Positions 62,255-64,000 of a DNA stretch of 64,000 bases are shown here, piece by piece (position 1 is the first letter of the stretch; the number at the start of each line of letters is the position of its first letter). The position numbers and the translations under genes are program-made. Under the pieces are notes generated by a model. The model had not been told where the DNA came from, ran no database searches, and was given only the letters and a program-made list of their open reading frames with translations. The DNA is from Candidatus Latescibacterota bacterium (lineage in GTDB: Bacteria > Latescibacterota > UBA2968 > GCA-2709665): assembly GCA_965237675.1 (NCBI GenBank), contig OZ250150.1, forward strand, positions 4,800,001 to 4,864,000, read 5' to 3'.

Positions 62255-63027
62255 ATGAAAAACGAGTATCGGCGCCGGGCCTTGCTCCCGGCCTGCGTCC
62301 TGGGTGTCTGTCTTGTACTATCGCCGTTTTGTCTTCCCGTGAACGCGGGGACAGCCGACGCGCCCATACTCATTTCCACGTTTCGCATAGACGGTGGCGC
62401 CTACGTTTCCCTTGATGACCTCGCTGAAATATTGAACGGTCGACTCCATCCCTATCCATCAAAGGGGAAAATCGGTTTCCGGACGGGTGGCACCGGTTGA
62501 AAAACCGGTCGAGGCCGTGGGCGCGTCCGTTCGCGAAACACGGCAGTCCAGACCGGGAACGCCGGTAGCACGGACGAATGTCGACCCCGAACGCTGGACG
62601 ATCGACACCATCATCATAGACCCTGGGCACGGCGGCAGGGATCCCGGCACCATGGGAAAACGCCGTCCTCCGCCTGGAAAAGCACGATGCATCAGAGGAA
62701 AAGGACGAAATTGAAGGGATCCAGTTCGGGCTTCTTTCGACGCAGTTCCTGAGAGAAAGCCAGGATCTGGCGGCCGAAATTCGCACCGAGGTCGTGAAGA
62801 ACCTGAGCCCATTGCCCGACCGCGGGGTGCGGCAGGCCAATTTTTACGTGATGCGAGGCACGATGGGGCACATGCCGTCGGTACTGGTTGAAATGGGCTT
62901 CATCTCCAACCCAGGAGAAGAAAAACAGATGAGAACGCGGACGTTTCAGAATGAAATGGCCGAAGCCATCTTCAGCGGTATTCGAAGTTTCAAACGCCGA
63001 TATGAACGACAACTCACCAAAAACTGA
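62255..63027 (+). pseudogene. N-acetylmuramoyl-L-alanine amidase (Amidase_3, AmiC-like) with two frameshifting internal deletions
   Basis: Frame 1: signal peptide and YVSLDDLA. Frame 2: IIIDPGHGGRDPG. Frame 3: ENAVL...ESQDLA...RGVRQANFYV...PSVLVEMGFISN. Confidence 0.82.
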
Positions 63028-63895
63028 TTCGCCGTTGCGGATCGACCTTCCAGGCAGCGATCCGGGATACTATTACGATCCGCGGGTTATGGCCGGTCTG
63101 CACGGCGAGATCAAACTCTCTCCCAGGGTCGAAAGGCATTGCCGTTGTGGCGGCAAGCCTCCTTATCAGGTTTTTCGACGGCCGGATGCCGAACCCTTCT
63201 GGTGCCCATGCCGGCGCTACCGGGCGAAGACTCGCGAGATCAACCGGCTCATCAGGAACTCCGGCATCCCCGGCCCGTTTCGATACCGATTCCTGGACGA
63301 TTTCTACGAAAACTATGAAGGGAAACCGATCGCAGGCGCAGACCAACTCAAACGCCACCTGCGCTCCTTGATCGAAAAGGCCCGCAAACCGAGCGCCGTG
63401 CGCGAGCGCGGCGCCCAGACCAACGCGCTCCCCTCAATGAGAGGATACTTCCTGTCGGGGAAACCCGGTGTGGGAAAGACCTACTTCGCCTATGTCGCGC
63501 TGAACGAGCTCATCTTCCACTCCGTGCGTCCCGGGAAATTCATCAGCCTGTCAAAAGCATTCTTCCAGAGACTGCGATTTGCGTTTGACGAGAACAGCCC
63601 GATGCACGGCAAGTCCGAGGCCTTCTTGCGAACACTCGCCAACGTCCCCTACCTGGTCATCGACGACTTTGGCGTGCAGCGCAATACCGAATGGGAGCTG
63701 GAAATGCTTTACAACCTGGTGGATACAAGATATGCCAACCGGCGTTTCACGATTGTAACCACCAATCAGGACATCGAAAGCGTGAAAGATCTGGCGGAAG
63801 GCAGGCTCTATTCAAGGTTCATTGAAATGTGTTATATCATCCGCATCCAGGCTCCGGACTTCCGGGAACACGCCAGGAAGGAATATGAAATATGA
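63002..63895 (+). CDS. DnaC/IstB-like AAA+ ATPase with N-terminal Cys motifs
   Basis: CRC...CPC, Walker A GKPGVGKT, Walker B LVIDDFG, TIVTTN and RLYSRF. Confidence 0.85.
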   Translation: MNDNSPKTDSPLRIDLPGSDPGYYYDPRVMAGLHGEIKLSPRVERHCRCGGKPPYQVFRRPDAEPFWCPCRRYRAKTREINRLIRNSGIPGPFRYRFLDDFYENYEGKPIAGADQLKRHLRSLIEKARKPSAVRERGAQTNALPSMRGYFLSGKPGVGKTYFAYVALNELIFHSVRPGKFISLSKAFFQRLRFAFDENSPMHGKSEAFLRTLANVPYLVIDDFGVQRNTEWELEMLYNLVDTRYANRRFTIVTTNQDIESVKDLAEGRLYSRFIEMCYIIRIQAPDFREHARKEYEI

Positions 63896-64000
63896 GAGCC
63901 GGGTTCAGGAACCGAAATTGAACGCGGACTCTTCAACCCCCGAACGCTTCACCGGTTTCACACGATTCGCCGTCTTTCGCAGGTTTCCCATGTTGCAACT

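Noticed and set aside
1-64000. CRISPR array, rRNA, tRNA, tmRNA, integrase, transposase, reverse transcriptase
   Set aside because: No regularly spaced repeats, cloverleafs or diagnostic motifs seen by eye. tmRNA is not evident next to smpB.

Overview
A 64-kb, GC-rich bacterial chromosomal segment. Gene order (efp-accB-accC-gcvH, scpA-scpB-cmk-plsC-rpsA-mtaB-mutS, split gcvPA/PB) and the many Gfo/Idh/MocA, aldo-keto and NAD-epimerase enzymes suggest an FCB-superphylum organism such as Latescibacterota; this is inference only. The left half is mainly accessory catabolic genes: a transglutaminase-like/amidohydrolase/DMFase-beta/amidase cluster, oxidoreductases, GNATs, an SLC13 permease, an orphan IorA and a HigBA-type TA pair. 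The right half is mainly core genes: relA/spoT, mutS, mtaB, rpsA, scpAB, accBC, efp, bioB, mnmG, smpB and a DnaC-like ATPase. I saw no rRNA, tRNA, CRISPR array, integrase, transposase or reverse transcriptase. Two signals lie outside the ORF track. (1) Several 'collapsed' genes keep their start, an internal sliver and their extreme C-terminus but have lost the rest through apparent short-homology deletions: a FecA-like TonB receptor, a DapA/NanA enzyme, an SDR and an AmiC-type amidase. (2) A nested family of short inverted-repeat (MITE-like) elements occurs at 38, 128 and 322 bp, with REP-like palindromes inserted inside. All product calls come from manual motif recognition, not database searches.
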